Shown here piece after piece: positions 1-9,397 of a stretch of DNA of 64,000 bases. The notes under the pieces were generated by a model. It had not been told where the DNA came from and did not search any database. It saw only the letters and a list, made by a program, of their open reading frames with translations. Position 1 is the first letter of the stretch; each line of letters opens with the position of its first letter. The position numbers and the translations under genes are program-made. This stretch comes from Chloroflexota bacterium (GTDB lineage Bacteria; Chloroflexota; Dehalococcoidia; Bin125): the NCBI GenBank assembly GCA_026705025.1, contig JAPPBN010000026.1, forward strand, positions 74,446 through 138,445, read 5' to 3'.

Positions 1-883
1 AGTCGGTATCGAACTTGAAGGCGCCGCTGGCGTTGACCTGGGTGTAGCCCTCGAGACCGGGGATCGCATCCGCGTCATGGATGTTGGCAAAGTGCAGCGC
101 ATCGAAGATCGCCTCACCCGGCCAGGCCAGGTCGAGCTGCAGGGTTGTCTCGTCGATTGCCGTCACAGCGCTCACGTACTTGTTGAAGATGCTCTTGACC
201 TGGCTGTTGGCGACGTCCTCGTCATCCATCCGCTCCAGGCTCTTCTTCACCTCATCCGCCGTGAGCGGCTCGCCGTCGTGGAACGTCAACCCTGGACGCA
301 GAGTGATCGTCAGGACGGTCTGGTCGTCGTTGAACTCCCAGCTCTCGGCCAGATGTGGCTCGGGAGTCAGACCATCGGCGCCGTACTTGGTCAGGGTTTC
401 CCAGATCGCCGGGCCGAAGGCGATGTCACCCGCGTAGGGCGCGCTGTAGTTGGCTGGCGAGTAGACAATGCCCAGTCGCAACGTGCCGCCCTGCGGCGGG
501 CCGACAGGCTCCGGCTCCGCCGCGACTTGCTCCTGTTGTTGTTGTTGCTGCTGTTGCTGTTGGACAGCCGGCTGTTCTTGCTGCTGCTGTTGTGCTTGCT
601 GCGCGACGGCCTGTTGCTGCTGCTCCTCCTGCATGGCCTGCTGTTGCTCCGGCTCGGGCTGCTCCTCTTGCTGAGCTTGCTGCTCGGCCTGCTGCTGCAT
701 GGCCTGCTCTTGTTGCTGCTCCTGTTGAACGACCGCCTGCGGCTGGGCGTCGTCGTCATCGTCTTCGCCGCAGCCAACCAGGGCCAGGCCGGCTGCGCCA
801 ACTCCGGCGCGGGCGCTCGCTTTGAGGACGCTTCGACGGCTCAGCCGTTGCCTGCGGATTCGGCTCCAGTGCTTGTCGTTCAT
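1..883 (-). CDS. ABC transporter substrate-binding lipoprotein, family 5 (peptide/nickel type); C-terminal part lies beyond window start
   Basis: Reverse complement from ATG(883) reads MNDKHWSRIRRQRLSRRSVLKASARAGVGAAGLALVGCGEDDDDD: twin-Arg signal plus lipobox, then a ~70-residue Gln-rich linker and an SBP body paralogous to 3009..4808. GAAGGGG SD-like motif upstream. Confidence 0.8.
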   Translation of the reverse strand, partial: MNDKHWSRIRRQRLSRRSVLKASARAGVGAAGLALVGCGEDDDDDAQPQAVVQQEQQQEQAMQQQAEQQAQQEEQPEPEQQQAMQEEQQQQAVAQQAQQQQQEQPAVQQQQQQQQQQEQVAAEPEPVGPPQGGTLRLGIVYSPANYSAPYAGDIAFGPAIWETLTKYGADGLTPEPHLAESWEFNDDQTVLTITLRPGLTFHDGEPLTADEVKKSLERMDDEDVANSQVKSIFNKYVSAVTAIDETTLQLDLAWPGEAIFDALHFANIHDADAIPGLEGYTQVNASGAFKFDTD

Positions 884-998
884 GATCGGACCCCTTCGGA
901 CACTCGGCGCGCCGGCGCGAACCGTAGAAACCTTTAGCCCGAAGCTAACGAACTGCAAACGGTCTCGCAGGGACAGGCCGTGATTCCGGGGCGATGGG

Positions 999-1907
999 TC
1001 AGCGGTGGCGGCGGTGCGGGTCGATCGCTTCGACGACGGAGTCGGCGAGGAAGTTGAGCGAGAGCAGAATCAGCGACAGGCCGAGGGTGGGGAAGAGCAC
1101 GAACCACCAGTTGCCGGCGAACAGCCAGCGACGGCCGTCGCTGAGGATGATCCCCAGCGTCGGTGTCGGCGGCGATGCGCCGAGCCCGAGGAAGCTGAGC
1201 GTCGCCTCGGCGATCACGGCGAAGGCCATTGCCAGCGCCGCCTGGACCAGCAGGGGCGGCAGGGCGTTGGTCGCGATATGCCGCCCGATGATTCTCGGCG
1301 GGGACGCTCCCAGGCAGCGAGCCGCCAGGACATAGTCGCGCTCTTTTTCGGTGAGGAGTTGCGCCCTCGCAATCCTCGCGAATACGGGAATGTTCGCGAT
1401 ACCCAGCGCCAGCGCGACCTGCGAGGTGCCCGTCCCGAGGATCGCCAGTACGGCGATCCCGAGCAGCAGGAAGGGGAAGGCGAGCAGCGTGTCGACGATG
1501 CGCATCAGGATCGCCTCGAGCCAGCCGCCGGCGTAGCCCGAGACGAAGCCCACGATGGTTCCAACCAGACCACCGCCCAATACGCCGGCGACCGAGACAT
1601 ACAGAGAGATCCTGAGACCGAACAGGATGCGGCTGAAGATGTCCCGTGACAGATCGTCGGTGCCGAACCAGTACGCGCCTGAGGGAGCCAGGAGGCGCGC
1701 GCCGCGAATCTGCTCGGCCTCTCCGTGGGGCGCCAACAGGTCGGCGAAAATCGCGACGAAGATCAACAGGCCAAAGACGGCCGCGCCGATTGCGCCCTGG
1801 GGGTTCGTGACGGTTCGATAGAGCGCGTCAACGGTCAATGATTCATCGCGCTTGCGGCGCAACCAGGTCTGCTCCAGCGGTGCGTACTGGGACTGCGTCT
1901 GGGCCAT
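999..1907 (-). CDS. ABC transporter permease, DppC/OppC-like
   Basis: 302 aa, 6 TM, binding-protein-dependent transport EAA-type loop; directly downstream of a DppB-like permease. Confidence 0.85.
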   Translation of the reverse strand: MAQTQSQYAPLEQTWLRRKRDESLTVDALYRTVTNPQGAIGAAVFGLLIFVAIFADLLAPHGEAEQIRGARLLAPSGAYWFGTDDLSRDIFSRILFGLRISLYVSVAGVLGGGLVGTIVGFVSGYAGGWLEAILMRIVDTLLAFPFLLLGIAVLAILGTGTSQVALALGIANIPVFARIARAQLLTEKERDYVLAARCLGASPPRIIGRHIATNALPPLLVQAALAMAFAVIAEATLSFLGLGASPPTPTLGIILSDGRRWLFAGNWWFVLFPTLGLSLILLSLNFLADSVVEAIDPHRRHR

Positions 1908-1910
1908 TGG

Positions 1911-2867
1911 TCAGCCCGCCAATCCGGAGACGCGGATGCGCGGATCGAGATAGCCGTAGGTGATGTCGGCGATCGTGTTGGCCGCGACGAAGAGGAAGAC
2001 GAGGATGGCCAGCATCGCCTGGATGAGCAGGTAGTCGCGTCCGTTGATTCCGTCAATGATCAGGAAGCCGAACCCGGGACGGGTGAAGACGATTTCGACC
2101 ACGATCGCGCCGGCGAGCAGGTTGCCGATCTGCAGCGCGGCGATCGTGACGATCGGGATCAGCGCGTTGCGCAAGGCGTGATTGATCACGACTTTGCGCG
2201 CCTGCAAGCCCTTGGCGTGCGCCGTGCGCACGTAGTCCTGGGCCAGCGCCTCGGCCACCGAGGTACGCACGAAGCGGGCCAGCACGGCCGCGATGACCGA
2301 ACCGGCGGCAATCGTGGGCAGGACGAGCCGATGGACGCCGGCGACGAAGTCGTCGAACACACTGACCCGTCCGGAGACGGGGAACAGGTCCAGCTCCACG
2401 GCGAAGATCCAGAGCAGGATGATGCCGAGGACGAAGTTGGGGATGCCGAGCGTAAACAGGTTGAACACGCTGGCGCCGTAGTCGGGCGCCTTCTTGGCCC
2501 AGACCGCCGCCGCCACGCCTAACGGGACGCCAATGCCCAGGGCGAAGATGTAAGCGGCAACGGCCAGCTCGATCGTGGGCGGGAAGGACTGCGCGATCAG
2601 ATCGCGGACCGGCACGCGCTTGGTGAACGACTTACCGAAATCCAGCTGGACGACGCCGCTGATCCAGTTGCCGTACTGCGACAGGATTGGATCGTTAAGC
2701 CCCAGTTGCTCACGAATCTGCTCAATGTCCTCGAGCGTCGCATCGTCGCCGGCGAGTTGCTGCGCCGGATCACCGGGAATCAGGCGAATGATGAGGAAGA
2801 TGACGATGCTGGCCAGGAAGACGACCAGGATGCCTTCAAGGAAGCGTCGAACCAGGTATCGCCCCAC
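1911..2867 (-). CDS. ABC transporter permease, DppB/OppB-like
   Basis: 318 aa, N-terminal MGRYLVRRFLEGILVVFLASIVIF typical of DppB family. Confidence 0.85.
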   Translation of the reverse strand: MGRYLVRRFLEGILVVFLASIVIFLIIRLIPGDPAQQLAGDDATLEDIEQIREQLGLNDPILSQYGNWISGVVQLDFGKSFTKRVPVRDLIAQSFPPTIELAVAAYIFALGIGVPLGVAAAVWAKKAPDYGASVFNLFTLGIPNFVLGIILLWIFAVELDLFPVSGRVSVFDDFVAGVHRLVLPTIAAGSVIAAVLARFVRTSVAEALAQDYVRTAHAKGLQARKVVINHALRNALIPIVTIAALQIGNLLAGAIVVEIVFTRPGFGFLIIDGINGRDYLLIQAMLAILVFLFVAANTIADITYGYLDPRIRVSGLAG

Positions 2868-2913
2868 GCTCTGCCGCCTCCCAGCTCAGCCTTGCTCGGC
2901 CTCTGGCGCGTTC

Positions 2914-2953
2914 CTCTCTCTACTCCACACTTGAGGGTGCGGAGTAGAGAGAG
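2914..2953 (-). other. intercistronic stem-loop between SBP gene and first permease gene
   Basis: 13-bp perfect inverted repeat ctctctctactcc / ggagtagagagag with a 14-nt loop; no U-tract. Confidence 0.5.
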
Positions 2954-3008
2954 AGTATGCCGATCCGAGATCGAGCCTGCAACCGAATCGGCCGAGCGTC
3001 TGCCTCAG

Positions 3009-4808
3009 CTAGACCTGATGAATTCGCTGCATCGAGGGGATGCTGAGCACGTCGAATTCGATGCCAGTGAACTTGCTCGACCAGGCCCAGATGTCGCTGC
3101 GGGTGACGATCGGCGCAATCCACGGTTCGTTGTCGAGCAGCGTGTTGAACTCCTCCAGCAGCTCGTTCCGCTGAGCGTCGGATTCGGCAGTGCCGAAGCT
3201 GTCGATCAGCGCCTGGTAGTAGTCCGGCCCGAACGCGCAGGAGTTCGGAATCCGCATCTGGAAGTTCATCACCGGCAGCGTCTGCGGGTGCAGGGCGAAG
3301 AAGGCGTAGGACGAGAGGTAGGACTCGTGCTTCGCATTCAGGAAGCGGTCACGCGCAACGGCCGGCTCATAGAGCTGGATATTGAGGTTGATGCCCGCTT
3401 CGGCTGCGCCGGCCTGGATCACCTGGGCGATCTCGTTGGCTTCGCCGCCGCCGTGTCCGAGCTCAATCGTCAGTTCGCCGGGGCCGTAGCCGGCCTCTTC
3501 GAGCAATCGGGCTGCTTCCTCGGGATCGAAGTAGTCGCGGTCGCGGGCCTCGTCGTAGCCGGGCGAGAACGGCGGCCAGAGGATGTTCTTTGGCAGCGCG
3601 AGACCTTCGAAGGTCTCATTGGCGACGCGCTCACGGTCGATGCAGCGGTAGAGCGCCTGCCGCACCTTCGGGTCGGCGAAGGCCGGGTGACCGCCGTTCT
3701 CATTCGGGATCACCATGCCCAGCACCCAGATGGCGAGGGTGGGCGGAGCGACCACGACGGTGAAGTCGGGGTCCGAATTGAAGCGTTCGTAGTCCGGCTT
3801 GGGCAGGCGGTTGGTCAGGTCGATCTCGCCCGCGCCGAGCGCCAGCGACATGGCTGTTGCGTCGGGGAACTGGTACTGCTCGATGCCGTCGAGCAATGCC
3901 GGATCGTAGAAGTTCTCGAACCGCTCGCCGGCGGCGTACTGGTCGACCTGGTAGGAAGAGGCGTCGAACTTGAACGGACCGGAGCCGTTGAGGGAGGAGT
4001 ATCCGTCCAGATTGGGGATGTCGTCGACGTCGTGGATCTGGGCGTAGTTGAGCACGTCGTAGACCAGCGTGCCGCCCCAGGCGAGATGCAGCTGCAGGGT
4101 GACATCGTCGATCACGTCGACCGCCGAGACGTACTTGGTCATGATGCCTTTGACCTGGTTGTTGGCGACGCCTTCGTCGTCCATCGCTTCCAGGCTGCGC
4201 TTGACCTCGGTGGCGTTGAGCGGTTTGCCGTTGTGGAACTCCAGCCCTGGTCGCAGCTTGATCTGCAGCATGGTCTGGTCGTCGTTCAGTTCCCAGCTCT
4301 CGGCCAGGTGCGGCTGCGGGTCGAGTCCGTCCGGCGAGTACTTGGTCAGCGTGTCCCAGAAGGGGATGTACAGCGGAATATGCGCCGATGACGAGAGGTA
4401 CGGAGCGCGATAGGTCGACAGGCCGATGTCGGAACCGATGCGCAGCACCCCGCCGCGCCGCGCGTCGTCGGCCGGCGCGGCAGCCGCGGTCTGCTGCTGT
4501 TCTTGCTGCTGTTGCTGCTGGGGCTGGTCCTGCTGTTGTTGTTGAGCCTGCGGCTGATCCTGCTCTTGTTGGTCCTGCTGCTGGGCCATCGCCTGCTGCT
4601 GTTGCTGCTGGTCCTGCTGCTGGGCCATCGCCTGCTGTTGTTGCTGCTGCTGTCGCTGCTGGGCGACGGCCTGCTGCTCGTCGTCATCGCCGCAGCCGAT
4701 CAGCGCCAGACCGGCGGCGCCGAGTCCGGCTCGCCCGCCGGCGCGAAGCAGTCGTCGCCGACTGAGCTGTTGCTTGCGGATTCGCTGCCAGTAGTTCTTC
4801 TCGTTCAT
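3009..4808 (-). CDS. ABC transporter substrate-binding lipoprotein, family 5 (peptide/nickel type) with poly-Gln linker
   Basis: Preferred start MNEKNYWQRIRKQQLSRRRLLRAGG...LALIGCG (Tat signal + lipobox) at 4808 with GGAG upstream, then Q-rich linker and SBP_bac_5-like body. Longest ORF extends to 4853. Confidence 0.85.
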   Translation of the reverse strand: MNEKNYWQRIRKQQLSRRRLLRAGGRAGLGAAGLALIGCGDDDEQQAVAQQRQQQQQQQAMAQQQDQQQQQQAMAQQQDQQEQDQPQAQQQQQDQPQQQQQQEQQQTAAAAPADDARRGGVLRIGSDIGLSTYRAPYLSSSAHIPLYIPFWDTLTKYSPDGLDPQPHLAESWELNDDQTMLQIKLRPGLEFHNGKPLNATEVKRSLEAMDDEGVANNQVKGIMTKYVSAVDVIDDVTLQLHLAWGGTLVYDVLNYAQIHDVDDIPNLDGYSSLNGSGPFKFDASSYQVDQYAAGERFENFYDPALLDGIEQYQFPDATAMSLALGAGEIDLTNRLPKPDYERFNSDPDFTVVVAPPTLAIWVLGMVIPNENGGHPAFADPKVRQALYRCIDRERVANETFEGLALPKNILWPPFSPGYDEARDRDYFDPEEAARLLEEAGYGPGELTIELGHGGGEANEIAQVIQAGAAEAGINLNIQLYEPAVARDRFLNAKHESYLSSYAFFALHPQTLPVMNFQMRIPNSCAFGPDYYQALIDSFGTAESDAQRNELLEEFNTLLDNEPWIAPIVTRSDIWAWSSKFTGIEFDVLSIPSMQRIHQV

Positions 4809-4961
4809 CGTGTCTCTCGCTCCAGTCGCGACCGACATTTGCGGCCCGCGCATTGCGACAGTATGGCGGTTGAGTCACCGCTCGGCAACAGGTCCGGCAG
4901 GCGCCTCAGGCTGGGCTAGTCTGGCCTCAGCTGACATCAGAACAACGAGGGAGAGCGTCAC

Positions 4962-5906
4962 ATGCGCGGCGTAGGAGTGATTGAATTCGGCGGACCGGAA
5001 GCGTTGCAGATTGTTGACTTGCCCGAGGTCCACGCCGGACCGGGCGAGGTACGGCTACGCGTCCACGCTGCGACAGTCAATCCGACCGACACGTTCATCC
5101 GCGGCGGGGCTCGCGCCGACGCCCTGCGCGAGCACGGTCCGCCGCCCTACATCCCCGGCATGGACGCGGCTGGGGTGATCGATGAGGTTGGTCCGGACAC
5201 TGAGACCGACCTGCAGGTCGGCGACGCCGTAATGGCGATGGTGATTCCGCGCGGCAGTCATGGCGCCTACCGCGAGAGCATCGTGCTCAAGGCGGACGCC
5301 GTCACTCGCGCTCCGGCTGGCTCGAACCATGCTGAAGCCTCGACGCTGCCGATGAACGCGCTGACGGCGCGACAATCTCTGGATCAGATGGGACTGGAGC
5401 CGGGACAGACCCTGGCGGTGACCGGAGCGGCGGGCTGCTACGGCGGATACATGGTCGAACTGGGCAAGGCCGACGGCCTGACTGTGATCGCCGATGCGTC
5501 GGAGCAGGATGTCCAACTGGTAAGGGATCTCGGCGCGGACATTGTCGTTCCTCGCGGCGACGACATCTCCGAGCAGATTCGCAAGGTCGTACCGGAGGGG
5601 GTCGATGGACTGGCCGACGGCGCGGTTCAGAACGAGCTTGCGGTTGGCGCGATCAGGGACGGCGGCCAGTATGCCAGCGTTCGCGGCTGGCGCGGAGCGC
5701 CCCAGCGGGACATCACCTTCCATGTGACGATGGTCTTCAGTTACGACCGCCGGGCCGACCTGCTCGACACGCTGCGCCAGCAGGTCGAGGACGGCCAGGT
5801 CACGCTGCGGGTCAACTCGACCTATCCGGCCGAGCAGGCCTCCGAGACCCATCGGCTGTTCAAGCAGGGCGGCCACCGCGGCCGCTTCGTGATCACGTTT
5901 GACTAG
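4962..5906 (+). CDS. NADPH:quinone oxidoreductase / zinc-type alcohol dehydrogenase superfamily (MDR)
   Basis: 314 aa; GAGGGAGAG SD; MDR family N-terminal GroES-like and Rossmann motifs. Confidence 0.8.
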   Translation: MRGVGVIEFGGPEALQIVDLPEVHAGPGEVRLRVHAATVNPTDTFIRGGARADALREHGPPPYIPGMDAAGVIDEVGPDTETDLQVGDAVMAMVIPRGSHGAYRESIVLKADAVTRAPAGSNHAEASTLPMNALTARQSLDQMGLEPGQTLAVTGAAGCYGGYMVELGKADGLTVIADASEQDVQLVRDLGADIVVPRGDDISEQIRKVVPEGVDGLADGAVQNELAVGAIRDGGQYASVRGWRGAPQRDITFHVTMVFSYDRRADLLDTLRQQVEDGQVTLRVNSTYPAEQASETHRLFKQGGHRGRFVITFD

Positions 5907-5950
5907 ACGCCATCTGGCTATGCTGACTGAGTGGCTGGGAGGATCGCGCA

Positions 5951-6181
5951 ATGTGCTGGCGAGACCGAATCGAGCGCAAGCCCGGCGTGTTGACCGGCAA
6001 GCCCGTGATAAAGGACACGCGCATCTCAGTGGAGTTTGTCCTCGAATGCCTCGGCAACGGCTGGACCATGGAAGAACTGGTTGAAGGCTATCCAGGAGTG
6101 AGTCGTGAGGACTTTCTGGCGTGCCTGAAATTCGCGAGCGAACTCATTCACGAAGAGCACATTGCCGGCAAGGTTGCATGA
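5951..6181 (+). CDS. DUF433-domain protein (putative antitoxin)
   Basis: 76 aa; GKPVIKDTRISVEFVLECLGNGWTMEELVEGYP matches DUF433 signature; stop abuts start of next gene. Confidence 0.7.
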   Translation: MCWRDRIERKPGVLTGKPVIKDTRISVEFVLECLGNGWTMEELVEGYPGVSREDFLACLKFASELIHEEHIAGKVA

Positions 6182-6547
6182 GTGGTTGTCCGCCTTCTGG
6201 CTGATGAGAACATCCACTTGCTGATCGTCAATGCACTTCGGGCCGCAGGTCACGACGTGGCGTGGATGAGACTCGACGCGCCTGGTACAGACGATGTCGA
6301 CATCTTGCCGCTGGCCAACCAGCAGGAATCCACGCTACTCACATACGACACTGATTTCGGCCAGCTCATCTTCGCCAGGGGCATGCTGTCGGAACGCGGC
6401 GTGATTCTGGTTCGTATGACAGGCTCGATTGAGAGCCACGCCCTGCGGCTGCTTGAGGTGTTGGACGAGTACGACGACTGGTCCAACTACTTCACGACGA
6501 TCACCGGCGAGCGGGTGCGTCGCAGGCGTCTGCCACGCCAGTCGTAG
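6182..6547 (+). CDS. DUF5615-family PIN-like protein (putative toxin)
   Basis: 121 aa; LLADENI...LTYDTDFG pattern of the DUF5615 PIN-like fold; GTG start immediately after the DUF433 stop. Confidence 0.65.
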   Translation: MVVRLLADENIHLLIVNALRAAGHDVAWMRLDAPGTDDVDILPLANQQESTLLTYDTDFGQLIFARGMLSERGVILVRMTGSIESHALRLLEVLDEYDDWSNYFTTITGERVRRRRLPRQS

Positions 6548-6557
6548 GCGATTTCCC

Positions 6558-7379
6558 CTACGACCGAGCCGCCTCGGCGACGGCTGCGGCGACGGTCTGC
6601 GCGTTCACGACGCCGTGTTCGAGGAAGTCGGTTATGACTCTCGAATAGGCCGACGGCACTTCACGCGGGACACCGTGACCGACCCGGCTGAAGACGTGCA
6701 GCGTGCCGTTGCCCAGACGGGCGAAGTCTTTGAGATTGGGCGCCAGGAGTGAGTCGGCAGCGCCGGCGAGGATCAAGGTTGGCGTCTGGATCTCACCCAG
6801 CCGGTCGCCCTTGCGGTAGTTGACCATTGCGTCCCAGCAGCCGTCGTAGTGCCCGACCGAGACAGAGAGCTGTCGGTCGACCTGTGCGGGGACGTCGGCA
6901 TGGGCCGACTCACGCGGCACGCCGGCCAGAGAAGTGCGGATCAGCAAGTCTCGTTCCTGGTTGGCCCAGCGTTCGCGCATGGTGTCGCGCGCCGACTGCG
7001 GCATCTGGATGCCGTCCGCCGGCGCGGGCGCTGAGAGGGAAAGGCTGAGCAGGCGGTCCGGGTATGACAGTCCCAGCTCGAAGCCGATCAGACCGCCCAT
7101 GCTTTGTCCGGCGTAGTGGAAGCGATCGAAGCCGTGGTAGTCGGCCATCCCGACGACGTCGGCGGCGAGTTGTTCGATCGTGTAGCCGTCGTCGGGATGG
7201 GCTGAATCGCCGGCGCCGCGGCAGTCCATCGCGATGCAGCGGTAGTTCGCGCTCATGCGCTCTATGACCGGAGCCCAGCCGTCGTGCGACGCGGTGTAGC
7301 CGTGTTGGAAGATGATTGGGTCGCCGATTCCGGTGTCCTCGTAGTAGAGGTCGACGCCGTTGATGTTTGCGATGGCCAT
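6558..7379 (-). CDS. alpha/beta hydrolase
   Basis: 273 aa; HGYTASHDGW oxyanion region and GQSMGG nucleophile elbow. Confidence 0.8.
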   Translation of the reverse strand: MAIANINGVDLYYEDTGIGDPIIFQHGYTASHDGWAPVIERMSANYRCIAMDCRGAGDSAHPDDGYTIEQLAADVVGMADYHGFDRFHYAGQSMGGLIGFELGLSYPDRLLSLSLSAPAPADGIQMPQSARDTMRERWANQERDLLIRTSLAGVPRESAHADVPAQVDRQLSVSVGHYDGCWDAMVNYRKGDRLGEIQTPTLILAGAADSLLAPNLKDFARLGNGTLHVFSRVGHGVPREVPSAYSRVITDFLEHGVVNAQTVAAAVAEAARS

Positions 7380-7383
7380 GAGC

Positions 7384-7427
7384 CCCCTCCGTCACTTCGT
7401 GACACCTCCCCCGGAGGGGGAGGTCCT
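7384..7427. repeat. palindromic intergenic repeat, family A (gtcacYYcgtgac + ctcccccNggagggggag)
   Basis: two adjacent short hairpins; second copy at 8836..8913. Confidence 0.6.
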
Positions 7428-7429
7428 GA

Positions 7430-8209
7430 TTAGCGAGCGGTGTAGCCGCCGTCGACGGGCAGCGCGATGCCATTGACGAAGCTGGCGTCGTCGGAAGCGA
7501 GGAAGGCGGCGGCGGCGGCGATCTCCTCCGGTTGTCCCAGGCGACCCAGCGGATGCAGGGAGGCGAGGAACTCCTCGGCGCCTTCCATGTCCTTGATCTG
7601 AGCGGTCATCGGCGTGTGGATGTAGCCGGGACAGATCGCATTGACCCTCACTTTGCGCGGGCCGTAGGTCACGGCAAACTGTCGGGTGATGCCGATCACT
7701 CCGTGTTTGGCGGCCACGTAGGCTCCGGCGCCTTCCTCGACCTCCATATCGAGATCGCGGGTCGAGGCGCCGCTGACCAGGCCGTTGAGTCCGGCGATCG
7801 AGGCTGTGTTGATGATCGACCCGCCACCGCGTTCCGCCAGCAACGCCGCTCCGTGGTAGGTGCCGTAGTAGACCCCGCTCAGGTTGACGTCAATAGTCCG
7901 ATCCCAGCCGTACTGGCTGCCGCCGATGCCGGCGTTGTTGAACAGCACGTCGAGACCGCCGAGCACCTGGACGGTCTGCGAGAGCGCGTCCTTGACGGCG
8001 TCCTCCGAGGTGACGTCCAGCTCCATCGTTGCTGAGCGGCCGCCGTGCTCGGCGATCTGCGCGGCGGTCGTCTGGGCGCCTTCGGCGTTGATATCGGCGC
8101 ACATTACCGCGGCGCCCTCCGACGCCATGCGCAGCGCCGAGGCCCGTCCGATTCCCGATCCGGCGCCGGTGATCAGCGCGACGCGTCCTTCAAGTCGATC
8201 GATTGCCAT
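7430..8209 (-). CDS. SDR-family NAD(P)-dependent oxidoreductase
   Basis: 259 aa; TGAGSGIGRA Rossmann motif, YxxxK active site. Confidence 0.85.
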   Translation of the reverse strand: MAIDRLEGRVALITGAGSGIGRASALRMASEGAAVMCADINAEGAQTTAAQIAEHGGRSATMELDVTSEDAVKDALSQTVQVLGGLDVLFNNAGIGGSQYGWDRTIDVNLSGVYYGTYHGAALLAERGGGSIINTASIAGLNGLVSGASTRDLDMEVEEGAGAYVAAKHGVIGITRQFAVTYGPRKVRVNAICPGYIHTPMTAQIKDMEGAEEFLASLHPLGRLGQPEEIAAAAAFLASDDASFVNGIALPVDGGYTAR

Positions 8210-8334
8210 TGTTGAAACCCCTCACTGTCAGCCTGTGGTGTTCGGGCAGTCTACGTCTGCAACCAACGTATTGCCCCGGTCTGGCAGTAGGCTGCGCAGT
8301 GTGACAACGACGAACCCACTCTGAGGAGAGCAAG

Positions 8335-8817
8335 ATGCCGATTGCTGCTGGAGACTCTTTGCCCGACGTGAACGGGACCGTGATTGCCGATGGGCGACCG
8401 GGGCCGGTGAATCTACGTGAGCTGGTAGGGGACAAGAAGACGGTGATCTTCGGTGTTCCCGGGGCGTTTACGCCGACCTGCACGAATGACCACCTGCCGA
8501 CCTTTGCCGCCTCTGCCGACCAGCTGGCAGCGGCGGGGATTGAGCAGACGATCTGCATGTCGACCAACGACATCTTCGTGCTGCAGGCTTGGAACGCGGC
8601 GCATGGGGCGGATCACATTGTGATGCTGGCCGACGGTTCGGGAGACATCACCCGAGCGATGGACATTGGGCTCGACCTGTCGGGTCTGGGACTCGGATTC
8701 CGCTGCACTCGGTTCGCCATGCTGGTCGAGGGCGGCGTGGTCAAGGCGTTCCAGACTGAGGAGAACCCCGGGACCTGCGCGATGACCTCGGCGGCGGCGA
8801 TCCTCGAGCACGCCTAA
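8335..8817 (+). CDS. peroxiredoxin (Prx5-like, AhpC/TSA family)
   Basis: 160 aa; FGVPGAFTPTCT peroxidatic-Cys motif; AGGAGAG SD. Confidence 0.85.
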   Translation: MPIAAGDSLPDVNGTVIADGRPGPVNLRELVGDKKTVIFGVPGAFTPTCTNDHLPTFAASADQLAAAGIEQTICMSTNDIFVLQAWNAAHGADHIVMLADGSGDITRAMDIGLDLSGLGLGFRCTRFAMLVEGGVVKAFQTEENPGTCAMTSAAAILEHA

Positions 8818-8835
8818 CGGAGCGCGGGCGATGGG

Positions 8836-8913
8836 AGCCCCCCCTCAGTCACTCCGTGACAGCTCCCCCCCAGAGGGAGGGAGCGGGAGAGGGTCGGGAC
8901 GTAAGCCCTCTCC
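8836..8913. repeat. palindromic intergenic repeat, family A (composite, with extra gagaggg...ccctctc hairpin)
   Basis: gtcactccgtgac and ctccccccagagggaggg palindromes; related to 7384..7427. Confidence 0.6.
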
Positions 8914-8971
8914 TTCAGGGGCGGACGACTTGCGACGCAGGGACGCAGACGCGTTGTTGCGCTATCGGGGG

Positions 8972-9397
8972 GTGCGGAGCGCTCACACGTATCAGGCTTC
9001 GTGGTACAACAATGCGACCTTTGTCTTTCCTCTGATTGCGGTGATCATTGCCGGGATCATCTGGCTGGCGACGGGCAGTGCGGAGGCGGGTGGCGCGGCG
9101 GTCTTCTTCCTGGTTGTGACCGGGGCGATGCTGCCGGTGGTGTTCATTACCTGGCAGCGGCAGACGACGGCCGTGATCGTGCATGAGGGCGGGGTGACGG
9201 CGCTTCACATGGGACTGGAGCAACAGTCGATTGCCTGGGACGAGTTGCGCAGCGTGCGGCGGGTGGAGACGATGGGCAACGTGCGCTGGTACCTGGATGG
9301 ATCGGGTGAGGATCACATCGTGATCGAGGGTGAGATTGCGGATCGGGATCGGTTGCTGGACGAGGCTCGGTTGGAGTTTGAACGGCGCAGCGATTAG
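8972..9397 (+). CDS. hypothetical membrane protein
   Basis: ORF 8831..9397; its 5' end runs through repeat A2, so a later GTG start (8972) is assumed. Two TM helices then a soluble domain. Start uncertain. Confidence 0.4.
   Translation: MRSAHTYQASWYNNATFVFPLIAVIIAGIIWLATGSAEAGGAAVFFLVVTGAMLPVVFITWQRQTTAVIVHEGGVTALHMGLEQQSIAWDELRSVRRVETMGNVRWYLDGSGEDHIVIEGEIADRDRLLDEARLEFERRSD

Noticed and set aside
2706-4391. 561-aa plus-strand ORF
   Set aside because: Antisense shadow of the SBP gene 3009..4808, which has signal peptide, lipobox and family-5 SBP body.
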